Origin: Rebecca billardiae RCC1528
Lineage: Eukaryota; Protista; Haptophyta
Direction: 5' to 3'
Assembly: GCA_965240325.2 (NCBI GenBank)
Contig: OZ251248.1
Location: 992,001-1,056,000 of the forward strand
Length of the DNA: 64,000 nt
Both the position numbers and the translations under genes were made by a program. Position 1 is the stretch's first letter, and every line of letters starts with the position of its first letter. Below are positions 11,120 through 22,633 of this stretch, piece after piece. The notes under the pieces are model-generated. The model searched no databases. It saw nothing but the letters and a program-made list of their open reading frames with translations, and was not told the origin of the DNA.

Positions 11120-13204
11120 TAGATGCATAAAGCACCACCTGCCACTTGCCAGGCTCTTATTATTATATGGGTTGGCGCTGCGCGTCAACTTGGGCTGGAA
11201 ACCTGTTTCTGAAACGCATGATGGCTCGCCGGCCGGTAGCCCGAGCTCGGAATTCCGACGCTGCCATGGGCATGGGCGCGACAGGGGCGCAGCGGCGGGG
11301 CTGACGACGCGCACGCCTGTGCATGTCTGACCACGGCGTGCGCGCTGCAATGACTGGCCCGTCTGCAGCAACACGCCGAGCGCTGTGAGTGAGAGTGTGG
11401 CCCGCGCCCAAGCGAGAACGCGGGCCGGGCGGCACTCCACCGACCTCGCCGGCCGCCGACCAGCCTGCGGCCGCCTGCTGCAGCTCGTGGGACACGCAGT
11501 CGCGGGCTCGCGCGTGGAGGGCGGACCTGCGCGTATGCGCCCACCGGGCTTGCCGCTTCATCCGCTGGCACCGCAGGCGAGCCGCTCGTCGCGCGCGGTG
11601 CAGGTCGAGCCCTCCGCCGCCACCGAGCCGGCGCCACGCCTCGCGCTCGTGCTCGAGCTGAGGCGGCGCGTGTCGCCCGAGCCGGCGGGTTCGCGCGCGT
11701 GCGCGTGGTGGGCAGCCTCGCGCGTGCGCCCGCCGCGCGCCCCGCGTCGCTCGCTTGGCGCCGTACGCGACGTCAAGGGCGACCCTTGGAATGGCGTGGG
11801 CTCTCGCCTCTCGTCCTTCACGGGACGTCGTCGACGCGAGGCCGCGCGAGGTTGCTCCGATGCTCGTAGTCCAATGCAAGATGATACCCGCGTGCCACTA
11901 TCAGCGCGCCCTTTCCCTCGTGAAATGTCTAGCGAGAAAGTGACGGTTCGTGCGAATGTGAAGTGTGAACTGTGAACTCGCGACACGACGAATATTGGGC
12001 CGATGCGATTCGCGCGAATGTGAGTACGCAAAGCGCCGAACGACGAGCGGTTTTTGACAGAACGACGAGCGGCTTTTGTCCTATGGGGCGCATAAGCGGG
12101 TACGCGAATTGCGCTTATGTGACCCCGTGCGTGCGTGGGCGGGGAGAAGGGGCGTCAAAAAAAGGGGTGCGACGGGCTGGTCCCCAGCGTGAAGTCGTGC
12201 CTTTGTTCTCGTGGGTTTCCAGAATCCGGAGCACGCATTATTATATCGTCATCACGAGCCCAATATGATGAGCCATGCGGCGAACGAAACCCAAATTCTC
12301 CGAATTGAGAATATTCCATTCATCACGCTTGAATCGTGAGATTTTCAGTTTCGTCGTCTTTTATGGAATCCGCGCCGCATCGGTCCAGTCTCGTCGAACC
12401 ACGTACCGGGGCTGGATGGCTGGACCCCCGCAAAATTCGGACCACGTGCGTCGATCCCGAGTGGGTTCGTCACAGGACGGAGCGGTTGATGACGGCCTTC
12501 GCGAATCGGCCCGTTATCTGATACTTGAGCTGCCGCAACCAATTAGTCGGCTCGAAGGAGAAGTTTTGTTGAGTGGACATTCCTTAACACCTATATAAGG
12601 GGTCCACGGTCGGTCCGTCGCGGTAGCGGTGTGATGTTACGACACGTATACCTCGGGAGATGTGCTCTGTGCTCGGGGAGATCGAGTGAAACCTCCTGAA
12701 AAAGGACGCCCGAATACGACGCCGCAGACAAGGTACGGCACTTGCATCCGCCGGTCCACTCCCTCTTGAAACGTCACAAATGCGTCTGCCCAAACACGAT
12801 TTCATGATTGCTATGATTGTTTGAAAGATCCACACACTCGCTGCAAGCTGATTTGAGATTGTCGATTATATACGGCGTGATTGAGTTCCGCGCCCGAGAG
12901 GAGTACTCCAGCACCATCGGCACGATTCGTTACCCACCACCGTAGTTGTGGGCCACGGTACCGGAGTGCCCCCCCCTGAAGATTCGGGCGGCCAAATTAA
13001 GCGCCCCGGCCGAGGTGCGTGGAATGTCCGCCGAGCCGGGCGGTGCGGTTCCGTGCCAGGTTCCGCCCGAGCGAGCGTCCCTCGGCTTGGGTCGGGGGCA
13101 GTTCGGAGGCTTGGTGCACACCTCGCCCCTCACTCCCCCTCCTCCACCTCGCCCCGCTCTCGCCGAGGCGCAGCCGCGCGCCCACCCAGCCACTCCACAG
13201 CCCG

Positions 13205-14653
13205 ATGTCGCACGGCGGCGGTCCTGGCAGCCCCCAGGTCAAGCAGCGCATGGTGTGGACGGCGGAGCTCCACGCCAAGTTCGAAGAGGCCGTCGAGGAG
13301 CTCGGCGGCATCGAGACGGCCAAGCCCGCGGCGATCCTCGCGCTCATGTCGGTGACGTGGCTGACGCGGGACCAGGTGAAGAGCCACCTGCAGAAGTACA
13401 GCGCGGTGCGCAAGCGCCGCGCCGCAGTCGACGACGACGACTCCGGCGCCGCCGGCAGCGACGACGGCGGCGGCAACGGCGGCGGCGGCGGCGGCGGCGG
13501 CTCGCGCGGCCGCGGCTCCGAGCGCGGCGACGACGGGCCGGGCTCTTCGCGCAAGCGCGCGCGCAACAAGGGGCGCGGCTCGGACCGCCGCGACGGCGAG
13601 AGCAACGCGTACAACGGCTCCGCCTCGCAGTGGCCCGAGCAGCAGCCGTGGCCGATGCAGCCCCAGGCCATGTACCCGCAGCAGCCGCAGCAGCAGGGCG
13701 GCGGCTACGGCCCTCCGCCCGGCGGCGGCGGGTACGGCCCGCCGCCGGGCGGCGGCTGGATGGATCCGAACGGCATGGGCATGCCGCCGCCGCAGCACGG
13801 CCCGCCGTCGGGCCCGCCCTCGCAGATGTGGCAGGGCTACGGCCCGCCGCCGCCGCAGCAGCAGCAGCAAGGCTACGGGCCGCCGCAGCAGATGCCGCCG
13901 CCGCCGCCGCCGCACGACAACGGCGGCATGCCCTACGACCAGCAGCCGCACTGGCAGCAGGGCCCGCCGCCGGCGCAGCAGCAGCAGCAGCAGATGCCGC
14001 CGCAGCAGCACTACCCGCACAACCAAGGCCCCTACGCGCAGCCGCCGCCGCACGCACAGCAGCCGTACGGCGGCGGCGGCATGATGATGGGCGGCGGCGG
14101 CCACGAGCAGATGGGCGGCGGGCCGGCGCCGCACAACATGGGTGGCTCGTCGGGGTCGTACCGGCCGTGGCCGCCGCAGAACCAGCAGCAGGGCCCGCCG
14201 CAGCACCCGCAGCAGGGCCCCGGCAACTGGATGCCCCCGCCCCCGCAGCAGCACCACCACAGCGGCGGCGGCGGCGGCCACGGCGGCTCGCACAGCCACG
14301 GCGGCCCGCCCGGCCCGCCGCACGGGCCGGGCGGCGGCGGCGGCGGCGAGGGCGCGTACCCGCACCCGCCGGTGTCGTCGAACGGCGCCGCGCCGCCGAG
14401 CCACGCCAAGAAGCCCGACACCGCCGAGGCCTTCGACGAGGAGGAGTCGTGGCGCGAGCAGCGGCGGCTGCAGCAGGAGGTCTCGGACGCGCTCGACAAG
14501 CACATCAGCGCGACGCGCGTCAAGAAGGAGGCGGGCACGCTCGTGGTGAACGACGGCACGCGGCGCTCGGTGCGCAACCTGCGGTACGGCATCCTCGCGC
14601 TGACGGGCAAGTACGCGCAGCTCGTCGCGATGCTCGTCGGGCCGCAGGGCTGA
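13205..14653 (+). CDS. GARP/MYB-related (SHAQKY class) transcription factor with long P/Q/G-rich region, single exon
   Basis: KQRMVWTAELHAKFEEAVEELGGIETAKPAAILALMSVTWLTRDQVKSHLQKY matches the GARP B-motif. ATG at 13205. Confidence 0.93.
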   Translation: MSHGGGPGSPQVKQRMVWTAELHAKFEEAVEELGGIETAKPAAILALMSVTWLTRDQVKSHLQKYSAVRKRRAAVDDDDSGAAGSDDGGGNGGGGGGGGSRGRGSERGDDGPGSSRKRARNKGRGSDRRDGESNAYNGSASQWPEQQPWPMQPQAMYPQQPQQQGGGYGPPPGGGGYGPPPGGGWMDPNGMGMPPPQHGPPSGPPSQMWQGYGPPPPQQQQQGYGPPQQMPPPPPPHDNGGMPYDQQPHWQQGPPPAQQQQQQMPPQQHYPHNQGPYAQPPPHAQQPYGGGGMMMGGGGHEQMGGGPAPHNMGGSSGSYRPWPPQNQQQGPPQHPQQGPGNWMPPPPQQHHHSGGGGGHGGSHSHGGPPGPPHGPGGGGGGEGAYPHPPVSSNGAAPPSHAKKPDTAEAFDEEESWREQRRLQQEVSDALDKHISATRVKKEAGTLVVNDGTRRSVRNLRYGILALTGKYAQLVAMLVGPQG

Positions 14654-16561
14654 GCCCCGCCCGCGCGCGCCGGCCCACCCCAAGCCGGCCGCGCACGCCG
14701 CCCTCCAAGCATTCCGAGCAAGAAGGAACTGCCGAGGTGGCCTCCGCGCCGCCGACGCGCACGCCGACACCACACGGAGCAGCAGGACTGGCATTCGACT
14801 CGACTGACGGCGGACGGGCCGCGGGCGCGCCGCCCGCGCCGCGCTCTCGCGGCCCGCCCCCTCGCTGGATTGCGCGAACGGGACCGTACTTTCTGAATTC
14901 TGGCACAGCGCCGCAGCATAACGGGCTGCGTCACAGCCTCGCGCGCGCAGTGCCGCTGCCGCCTGAACGTGTAGCAGCGTGGAGTGTACTCAGACTGTGT
15001 ACTCAGCGCTGACTGACACCTGTGACGCTGCGCCCTGCGCGCGTGTCTCGCGCGGCACGACGACTCGCACGGGCCCTTATTAGTGATTCGTCCGCCATTG
15101 TGTGACAGGCCTGTTTTATTTCTACGAGAGCCCAACGACTACCCCATAAAACGGCGACATTCCCACATCATTCAGCACCAAAACGCGGTAATAAATCAAA
15201 TGGCGGCTTGCCCGCTGGTGGTGGGTGCCGGCGCGATTGCGGAGTAGTGATGGCACGTCGTTGGCGCATTCTCGTGCTAGCGCGCTGACCTGTAGCAAAA
15301 GATGTTGCCATGGCATGCTGCTTAGCCTTGCCTGGTGCTTCGCCATGACACAGAGGTCACTCGCAGCGCACGGCGGTGTGACGATCGCCGCGCCGCGGCG
15401 GCAAACCGCAGTTGCGGGCGCGCTGCGAGCTGCAAGCACTCTGCCTTGGCTGCGTCGCGCCCGTGTCAGTTGGTGAACCAGGATTGTTGAACGACCGATG
15501 GGCTGCAAACGATACCAGCTACACTCGCTCCGCCGCCACTTCCTTGTCGAGCGTGAGATGCTTCCGTTGCGTGCGCTCGCATGCAGCTTGCCGCGCCTGC
15601 ATTTGAACGTGGTCACGGCAGGTTGGTGGGCTGGTTGCTCAGGCCTCCTCGGCGTAGATGACGACAGGGTGCGTGCCACGCATATCCATGACGCGCGGAA
15701 AGGCGTGCACACGCGTCCTCGCGCATCTGGCAGGCTGCAGTCTTGGCCAAGATGATGAGAACAAGGCCTGCCAGTGCCCTGCCGCGCGGGCGCGAGTGCG
15801 CAGAGAGATCTGGCTTCTGACCCGTGCTCTTCAGTGTACCTCGTGTGCGACGACGACGAGGCGGACGAGCGCCGCAACTGGATTCCTGCACTCACCGGTC
15901 ACCGAGGAGTGCAGGAATCGCGTTCCTCGCGCACGCCGGGGCCGCCATCGGCCGTGAGAGGTATCCATACACTGAACGGGGCGTGACACCGATTCCCACC
16001 AGAGGCTGGCAGGCACGGGTTTGTCGCCGTGACATACATAGTTACAAATGGAATCTGGTAGAAATGAAACAGGCCGACAGCACGGCTGATGATGGCGGCG
16101 GCGCGCGCCGCGCCATAAGCCCGGGCCCGCGGCCGGTGCTGAGTCAGCTGTCGGACTTATTCAGCCCGAGTCGGCCGGAGTCCCGCCACGCCCGGCTGCC
16201 AGTGGCAGGCTGGCGGGCACCGTGCCAGTGCCACGGGCCCCACTCTACGGCGGCCCGGCGGCCGGCACCGGCCCGCGACCGGCGGCGGGCCAACTGCTAC
16301 TCACTACGGTATCACTCTGACTCAGGCAGCGGGCTGGCGGGCCGCAACTCGCAATAAGTCAGAGTGACTAAGTCTTGTCTCTTAGTCAGTACGGGCAGAC
16401 TATAATAATAACTGATATGATATGTCTGATGAAGTTCCGGTCGTACTCCGTCCGCGCACTCCGCGCCAGCCTGCGGCGCCAGCCTATGCCCCTATATACG
16501 CAGGCTTCGGCGCGTCTATATAGATTATAGAAGCCCGCCGGCCCGGCTGAATTAAAAACTC

Positions 16562-18069
16562 TGCCCTGGCGGGCGGGGGGGTCGGCGGGCCGTGCCAGTG
16601 CTGTCGCAATATTTCCCCAGCGGGTTCGCGCCTTTTATTTAGCGGTTTGACGGGCGCAGGCCATGACGAATAACAATGCGACTACACACAGATGATGGTG
16701 AGCTACCTGACTCACTGACGAATAATAACGCGACAGATGACTCTGGTGATCTCACCGACAGTGTGATTGCGCGTGTATTCGTGCACCCACTCCGCGCTAC
16801 TCGTCATCCCGGGTGCCGAGCCGTCGACTGCGCGCACGCACTGCCAACTGATTGGCGTGCGACGGGCGGCTTGCTTGTGACGCCTGACGGTGACGGTTCA
16901 ATGTCCTCGGAGCTAAACAGTGGTGGCGGAGTGTGATGTCATGTTTCATTTGTTTAGGTCGTCTGGAAGTGGAAGTGCGGTGCGCGCGCGCGCAGTGCGA
17001 GAGCGTGTGCCACTCGCGATCGAGGGTGGGCACGCGCTGCTCGAGCAGGCACAGGAAGCGCAGCGCATGTGCCACTGGCTTCACGACGTCGGCGTCGTCC
17101 CGCAGCGCTCGTGACATGGTGGAGGATGGGGCGACAATGTTGCACGCTCGGCGTTTCAGCTCGTCGCGGATGCGCCTCTGGGATCGGTCATAGCGCTGTG
17201 CGACGAGGGCCGCCGACTCGCCAAGACGCGGTTCCTTCCACGGCTGCAAACCCGGGAGGTGCGTGCGGTGCGCGTCGTACGCCGCTTTGCGCTGCCCCTC
17301 CGTCGCATTGGTCACCGTCGGCGCCATGCAGGCCGGACGTGGGCCCTCGAGCGCCGAGCGATCTTTGGCCGCGAGCTCGCGAGCGCGAAAGATGATCGCC
17401 CGCGCTCTGGAACACCACCGATCGTAGCAAACGGATTTGCATGCGCCCGACCTTGCCACCGCGGGGCACGCGACAGTCCGGTGTGTGGATTCCGGTTATG
17501 GTGTTCAGAAGGCCGCGCCAAAGCTTGCGTCGCGTGCGATGGCGCTTCCCGCTCGCGAGACGCCTCGTGATGAGGGCCGTTCCGCACCGAGCCCGACGCG
17601 CGACGGTGAATCGAGCGAGGCGGCCATCGTGCGCAGCGCTTGATGCTATGGCCGGTGCGAGCTTTCGACGTGCACGTCGGGCGAGGATCGCCCCAGGTCG
17701 CACGATCGTGTCGACGCGCCGAGCGTACCGCTCCAAACGCGTCGATTTAGCCCCCGTTCGACCTGCACGCGAGACGACGAGGGCAGCAATCGCGAATCGG
17801 GCGAAAACCCGTCTAGGGAATCCTCGCGCGATGTCCGCGCCGGCGTTGGATTCGGCGCGCGCGGCCCACGCGCTCCGCGTCATCCAGGACTCTCTTTCGG
17901 CCGAGCGTCCCCAGTGGGAGCTGCGAGGGCGCCCGGTAGTGAGCGAAGCGACCCGGCAGTGAGCGAGGCGATTTTCTTTTCTTTGCGAGGCGATTTTCTT
18001 TTTTCCTTTTCTTTTTCTTATCTTTTTCCCGGGCACTACTACAAGGGGCGGACGACCTACGGCCCGCCA
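16562..18069 (+). mobile_element. Dispersed repeat family F, copy 2
   Basis: Direct-orientation homolog of 6615-9144 that lacks the two insertions. Ends ...CTACGGCCCGCCA|TATATA. Confidence 0.75.
16797..17327 (-). pseudogene. Second copy of the family-F ORF, C-terminal part replaced
   Basis: MAPTVTNATEGQRKAAYDAHRTHLP...WHTLSHCARAH aligns to 6821-7408, then diverges below about 16975. Confidence 0.45.
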
Positions 18070-18247
18070 TATATAAGTGGACGATGGACCAGTCTATCTG
18101 CAGTGCGCCGAGCATGATGCACGATGCATTAATGCACTATGCAGGCCCGCGAGCGGGACGATAGACGCCCGATAGTGTATTCGGCGGGGCCGGCGGCCCC
18201 GGCGCTCACTCGGCTGAGGCGGCGCGCCGGCCCCCCCGGCGAGCGGG

Positions 18248-20896
18248 TCAGAGCAAGGTATCAAACTTGGCCGCACCGTCAGCCCCGCTCGTCGGCAGCG
18301 GCGCTCCTGTCGGCGGCTCGGCGGCGGGCTGTGGCGGTGCGGGCGCGGGCGGCGCGCCCGGCGGCGGCGGCTCTGCCGCCGCGAGCGCGGCGGCGGGCGG
18401 CTCGGCGCGGCGCGCGGCCGGGGCGTCCGCGGGCGGCTGCTCGGGGCGCGCCTCCTCGTCGTCGTCGACCATGCTGACGTACCCCACCGCGCCGCCCGCC
18501 CCCTGCGCCGCCGAGTGCTCGTCCGCCGCCTTGTCCAGCGCCTTGGCCATCTTGGCGCACTGGCCCTTGCACGCCCACGGCAGCACGGCCAGCAGACACA
18601 TGAGGAGGGCGAACGCGCCGCCGAGGAGGAGGCCGCGGGTGGAGCCGTTGAGCCCGCCGATGCCCGGGCCGTACGGGTAGAGCCCGCCGGCGCGCGGCGG
18701 CACCTCGCCCGCCTCGCACTCGAAGCCGTGCCCCACCGCGCAGTAGAAGCCCTGCAGGAACTGCAGCAGCGGCCGCTCCACCCACTCGCCCTTCTCAGGG
18801 TCGACGCAGCCGGGGCACTGCGCCGGCTGTGGCCACTGCAGCTTAGGGTGGTGCGGGTCATTGGACGTGCCGCCGGTGGCGTTGAGCCGGCGGTTCACCG
18901 CGTTGTGCATCCCCCACATGATCAGCACGCCCGTCTGGTGCGGGATCCCCTCCGCAATCTGCCCGCGCGAGATACGCCGCGAGATCGAGCGCGGCGCCGG
19001 GCGGGGGGTTGGTGTGAAGTCAGTCCGCGCGTCAGTCCGCGCGGCGGCGGCCCGCGGCGCGCGCTCCAGGCGTGCGCCGGCCACACCGACGCGCATCCCC
19101 CGCGCAGTGCGCCGCGCGCGCGGTGTGTGCGCGCGGCGCGCGGTGTGTGCGCCGCGCGGCGCTGCGCGCACCTGGTCCGTCATGTTGCCCGCCATCATTG
19201 CAAAGTGCAGCCGGCACTCGAGGCAGGAGAAGAAGTGGACGGCGTAGCCGTGGATGGCGGTGAGCGTGCGCGCGCTGTCCTCCTGCCGCGTGTTCATCTG
19301 CAGCGTGTGGAACGTCAGCCACAGCGAGCAAGGGAAGCCTCGGAGCCACGGCTGCGAGCCCGCGCATTGACGAAACGCGGCGGTTTCAGATTCGGACTCG
19401 GCCGGCGGCGGCGCGGAGCGCGCGGTGGGCGCGCCGTCGTCGGGCGTGCGCGCGCTGAGCTCGAAGCCGGCGGTGAGGTTGCGCCAGAGCGGGTACGTCA
19501 CGTTCGCGCGGCGCGGCGCCCCGCCACCGCCGCCCTCGCCCTCCTCCTCCGCGCGGCCGAGCGCGCCGAGCAGCCGCGAGCGCAGCCGCCCGACCGCCGC
19601 GCGCCCGCCCTTGGAAGGGAAATAGAAGGCGAGTGCGCGCATCCACTCGAGGAGTGCGGTCTCGAGCTCGGGGATGAGGCCGCCCGGCCCGGCGCCGACG
19701 ATCGCGAAGGGCACCTCGTGCGTGAACGCGTACGTCACCGCCGCGCACAGGTCGTCCAGCGAGACGTGCGACCAACGGTCAATCCCGCCGTTTGGGATCG
19801 GCTCCGCCGCCGCCGCCGCCGCCGAGTCGCTCGCGCCGTCAGCGTCGGCGTCGGCGTCGGCGGGCTCGGAGGCGTTGACGGGCTCCGGCGCGGGGCGCAC
19901 GCGGGCGTCGAGCCACGCCTCCACCGCCGCCACCGAGCTGTACTTCCCCGCGTACCGCTCGTACGGCGGCGGCGGCGGCGGCGGCCGGCCGTCGGCGGTC
20001 GGCGCGCCGTCCGGCGGCCGCGGCCGCTCCGGACGGATCACAACGATGGATGGCGGCGGGCCCGGGGGCGGGCTGGGCGTCGGCGGGTCGCGCGAGCGCG
20101 AGCGGCGGCGGCCCGACGGCGCGGGCGCGGGCGAGGGCGGCGGGCCGCCCAGCGCCGACGCCTCCGGCAGCCCGAGCGCCGAGAGCGCGCCGCGGCCGCC
20201 CGCCGAGTCCGGCTCCGGCACGAGCGCTAGCGCCGCGCGGCCGTGCAAGTCAAACGCGAGGCGCTGCGCGTCGAGCCCGCCGGGCGAGAGCGGCCAGAAG
20301 GCGACGGGGGTGCGGCCGCGCGCGGCCGCGCGCTCGAGGAGCGCGCGCGCGCCGGGCGCGCCCTCCGCCGTGCCGTACAGCGCGGGTATCTTGGGCAGTA
20401 CCCAGGTGAGTACGTCGTCGACCGAATCGAAGCCGCCCACGTGCATGGGCGCGCCGTCCTGCGAGAGTCCGGGGCCGTCGGGCGCGTCGGCCATCGCGAC
20501 GGCGGTGCGGATCACGCTCGGCCCCGCGCTCGCCGCGTCGAAGCTCGACGCGTCCCACACGAACACCGTCGGGAAGCCGGAGACGCCGAGGCCGAGGCAC
20601 GCGTTCATGTAGATGGCGCAGTCGATGCCGCCGACCTGCACGGCGTCGGACCACTCGGAGAGGTTGGCGGCGAGGGCCTGGTAGGTGGGCGCGAACGCCT
20701 GACAGTGCCCGCACCACGACGCGTACGCCTCGAGCACCCACGTCCGCCCGGGCTCCGCGCGGATCGAGTCGAGCTGGTACGGACGCAGCGTCACCACGGG
20801 CGAGTCGGGGCCGTACAGCGCGGCGGTGGCGGCGGACGGTGTGGCGCGGAGGGCGAGGAGGAGGAGGGGCGGGAGGAGGCGCGACGCCGTGCGCAT
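18248..20896 (-). CDS. QSOX: Quiescin sulfhydryl oxidase (signal peptide, thioredoxin domain, ERV/ALR domain, C-terminal TM)
   Basis: Motifs YASWCGHCQAFAP, GFPCSLWLTFHTL, FFSCLECRLHF, WGMHNAVNRRL and KLQWPQPAQCPGC, plus a hydrophobic C-terminal segment. Probable in-frame intron at 18959-19171 (GTGCGC...GGCAG). Confidence 0.93.
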   Translation of the reverse strand: MRTASRLLPPLLLLALRATPSAATAALYGPDSPVVTLRPYQLDSIRAEPGRTWVLEAYASWCGHCQAFAPTYQALAANLSEWSDAVQVGGIDCAIYMNACLGLGVSGFPTVFVWDASSFDAASAGPSVIRTAVAMADAPDGPGLSQDGAPMHVGGFDSVDDVLTWVLPKIPALYGTAEGAPGARALLERAAARGRTPVAFWPLSPGGLDAQRLAFDLHGRAALALVPEPDSAGGRGALSALGLPEASALGGPPPSPAPAPSGRRRSRSRDPPTPSPPPGPPPSIVVIRPERPRPPDGAPTADGRPPPPPPPYERYAGKYSSVAAVEAWLDARVRPAPEPVNASEPADADADADGASDSAAAAAAEPIPNGGIDRWSHVSLDDLCAAVTYAFTHEVPFAIVGAGPGGLIPELETALLEWMRALAFYFPSKGGRAAVGRLRSRLLGALGRAEEEGEGGGGGAPRRANVTYPLWRNLTAGFELSARTPDDGAPTARSAPPPAESESETAAFRQCAGSQPWLRGFPCSLWLTFHTLQMNTRQEDSARTLTAIHGYAVHFFSCLECRLHFAMMAGNMTDQVRAAPRGAHTARRAHTPRARRTARGMRVGVAGARLERAPRAAAARTDARTDFTPTPRPAPRSISRRISRGQIAEGIPHQTGVLIMWGMHNAVNRRLNATGGTSNDPHHPKLQWPQPAQCPGCVDPEKGEWVERPLLQFLQGFYCAVGHGFECEAGEVPPRAGGLYPYGPGIGGLNGSTRGLLLGGAFALLMCLLAVLPWACKGQCAKMAKALDKAADEHSAAQGAGGAVGYVSMVDDDEEARPEQPPADAPAARRAEPPAAALAAAEPPPPGAPPAPAPPQPAAEPPTGAPLPTSGADGAAKFDTLL

Positions 20897-21178
20897 CGCG
20901 GCTGCTGGCGCGCGCGCTGGGCGGGGCGGCGACGGCCCGGCGCTCCGCGGGCGGCGGGCGGCCGTCGTGCTGATGACGATGAGGATGATCCCGGCGCGCG
21001 GGGCAACAGCCTGCGACTCTTGCGAGCCGCAGACGTTTTCGTGCGCGTGGACGCTCGGCTTTTGGTCAGCAGCGGTGCTCACGAGATCCGGGATCGACAG
21101 GCACCGCTTCAACCGCCGCCCGGACACTCCGTGCAGCAGCAGCGGGGGAGGCGGCTCGGCGCGAGAGCCTCCGCCGCC

Positions 21179-21344
21179 ATGTCCACAACAGTGCGGTAAG
21201 GCGCTCGCGGCGCCGCGGCGGCCGGGGGCGGTGCTCGAAGGGGGCGCGCGTGGCGTGGCGCGCGCGCGCGGACAGGGCAGCGCGCCCGCTCGAGACCGCG
21301 GCCGCCGCTCGAGCCGGGCGCGCGCACGCGCGCCCCGCGCTCAC

Positions 21345-21381
<37 letters not shown>

Positions 21382-22045
21382 GCGTCGCGCCGCGCGCAGG
21401 GCGGACGACGACTACGACTACCTGTTCAAGGTGGTGATCATCGGCGACTCGGGCGTGGGCAAGTCCAACCTGCTCAGCCGCTTCACGCGCAACGAGTTCC
21501 ACCTCGACTCGAAGTCGACGATCGGCGTCGAGTTTGCGACGCGCTCGATCCAGCACGACGGCAAGATTATCAAAGCACAGATCTGGGACACGGCGGGGCA
21601 GGAGCGGTACCGCGCGATCACGAGCGCGTACTACCGCGGCGCGGTGGGCGCGCTCCTCGTCTACGACATCTCGAAGCGGCTCACCTTCGACAACGTCGAG
21701 CGCTGGCTCAAGGAGCTGCGCACACACGCCGACCCGTCGATCGAGGTGATGCTTGTGGGAAACAAATCGGACCTGAAGCACCTGCAGGCGGTGCTGACGG
21801 AGGACGCGAAGGCGTTCGCGGAGAAGGAGAAGCTCGCGTTCATCGAGACCTCCGCCCTCGACTCGACCAACGTCGACGTCGCCTTCGAGACCATCTTGAT
21901 TCAGATCTACAAAATCGTCACGAGGAAGAACCTCGAGGGCGCGGACGGCGGCGGCGCACCCAAGCCGGCGGGCGGGCAGGCGCAGACGATCTCGCTGGGC
22001 GAGCAGGGGAAGGGGGCGAAGGAGGGCTCGAAGAAGTGCTGCTAG
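21179..22045 (+). CDS. RAB11: Rab11/RabA small GTPase (exons 21179-21195 and 21400-22045)
   Basis: Spliced N-terminus [34 protein letters not shown]. Also [43 protein letters not shown] and a C-terminal CC prenylation motif. Intron is GTAAG...GCAG. Confidence 0.97.
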
Positions 22046-22633
22046 GCGGGTGGGCGCGCGCGCCGGCTGCGCGGGCCTGCGCCGGGCTGAGCACGACGGC
22101 GGCCCCGGCGGCAGGGACGGCCGACTCGGCGGCGACAGTGCCGCCGCCGCAGCGGCAGTCCGTGGACAGCGTCAGCGTGGGGCACCTTGCGAGAGCTCGC
22201 CGGCTCGGGGTGTGGTCTGGGCGGAGGCGGCGCCGCCCGGTGGCCACGTGCCTCTGAGCGAGGCACGTGTCCTCCGACTGGCCGCCGCACATCGGTCACG
22301 TAGAAGTACGCATGACCCGCGGGACGTCGCCGGCTGTCGACTCCAACTAGCATTAGCCGTAGCACTCCCGTTACCGTAGCATGAAGAGCGGCGGCGCCGC
22401 GCGTCACTAGTACTGGAGAGCTCGCTCACTGCGGTGACTGCGCGGAAAACCGCCCGGACCGGCGTTCGGCCGCCGGACCGCGCAGCCGTGAACTCGCACC
22501 GACCTCGCGGACCGCGCTGGCCACTGGGTGCGCCGCCACCGTGGCGATTGCCCAAAGCCCAGGGAGCCAGCTCTCGGCTGAGCGAGACGCGCAGAGGGCG
22601 GCGCGCGGCCCGTGCGGACGAGCGAGGGGCGCG

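Noticed and set aside
9167-12003. 12-bp inverted match TCGGCCCAATAT/ATATTGGGCCGA as TIRs of a 2.8-kb element
   Set aside because: No convincing TSD and too short to exclude chance.
2042-14653. Mating-type or ploidy-determining locus (homeobox plus MYB-like TF in a TE-rich block)
   Set aside because: The homeodomain is non-TALE, there is no partner homeobox, and nothing in the sequence tests haplotype specificity.
15774-15986. PH-domain-like fragment (VYLVCDDDEADERRNWIPAL)
   Set aside because: Too short, overlaps a fold-back hairpin, and has no supporting upstream frame.
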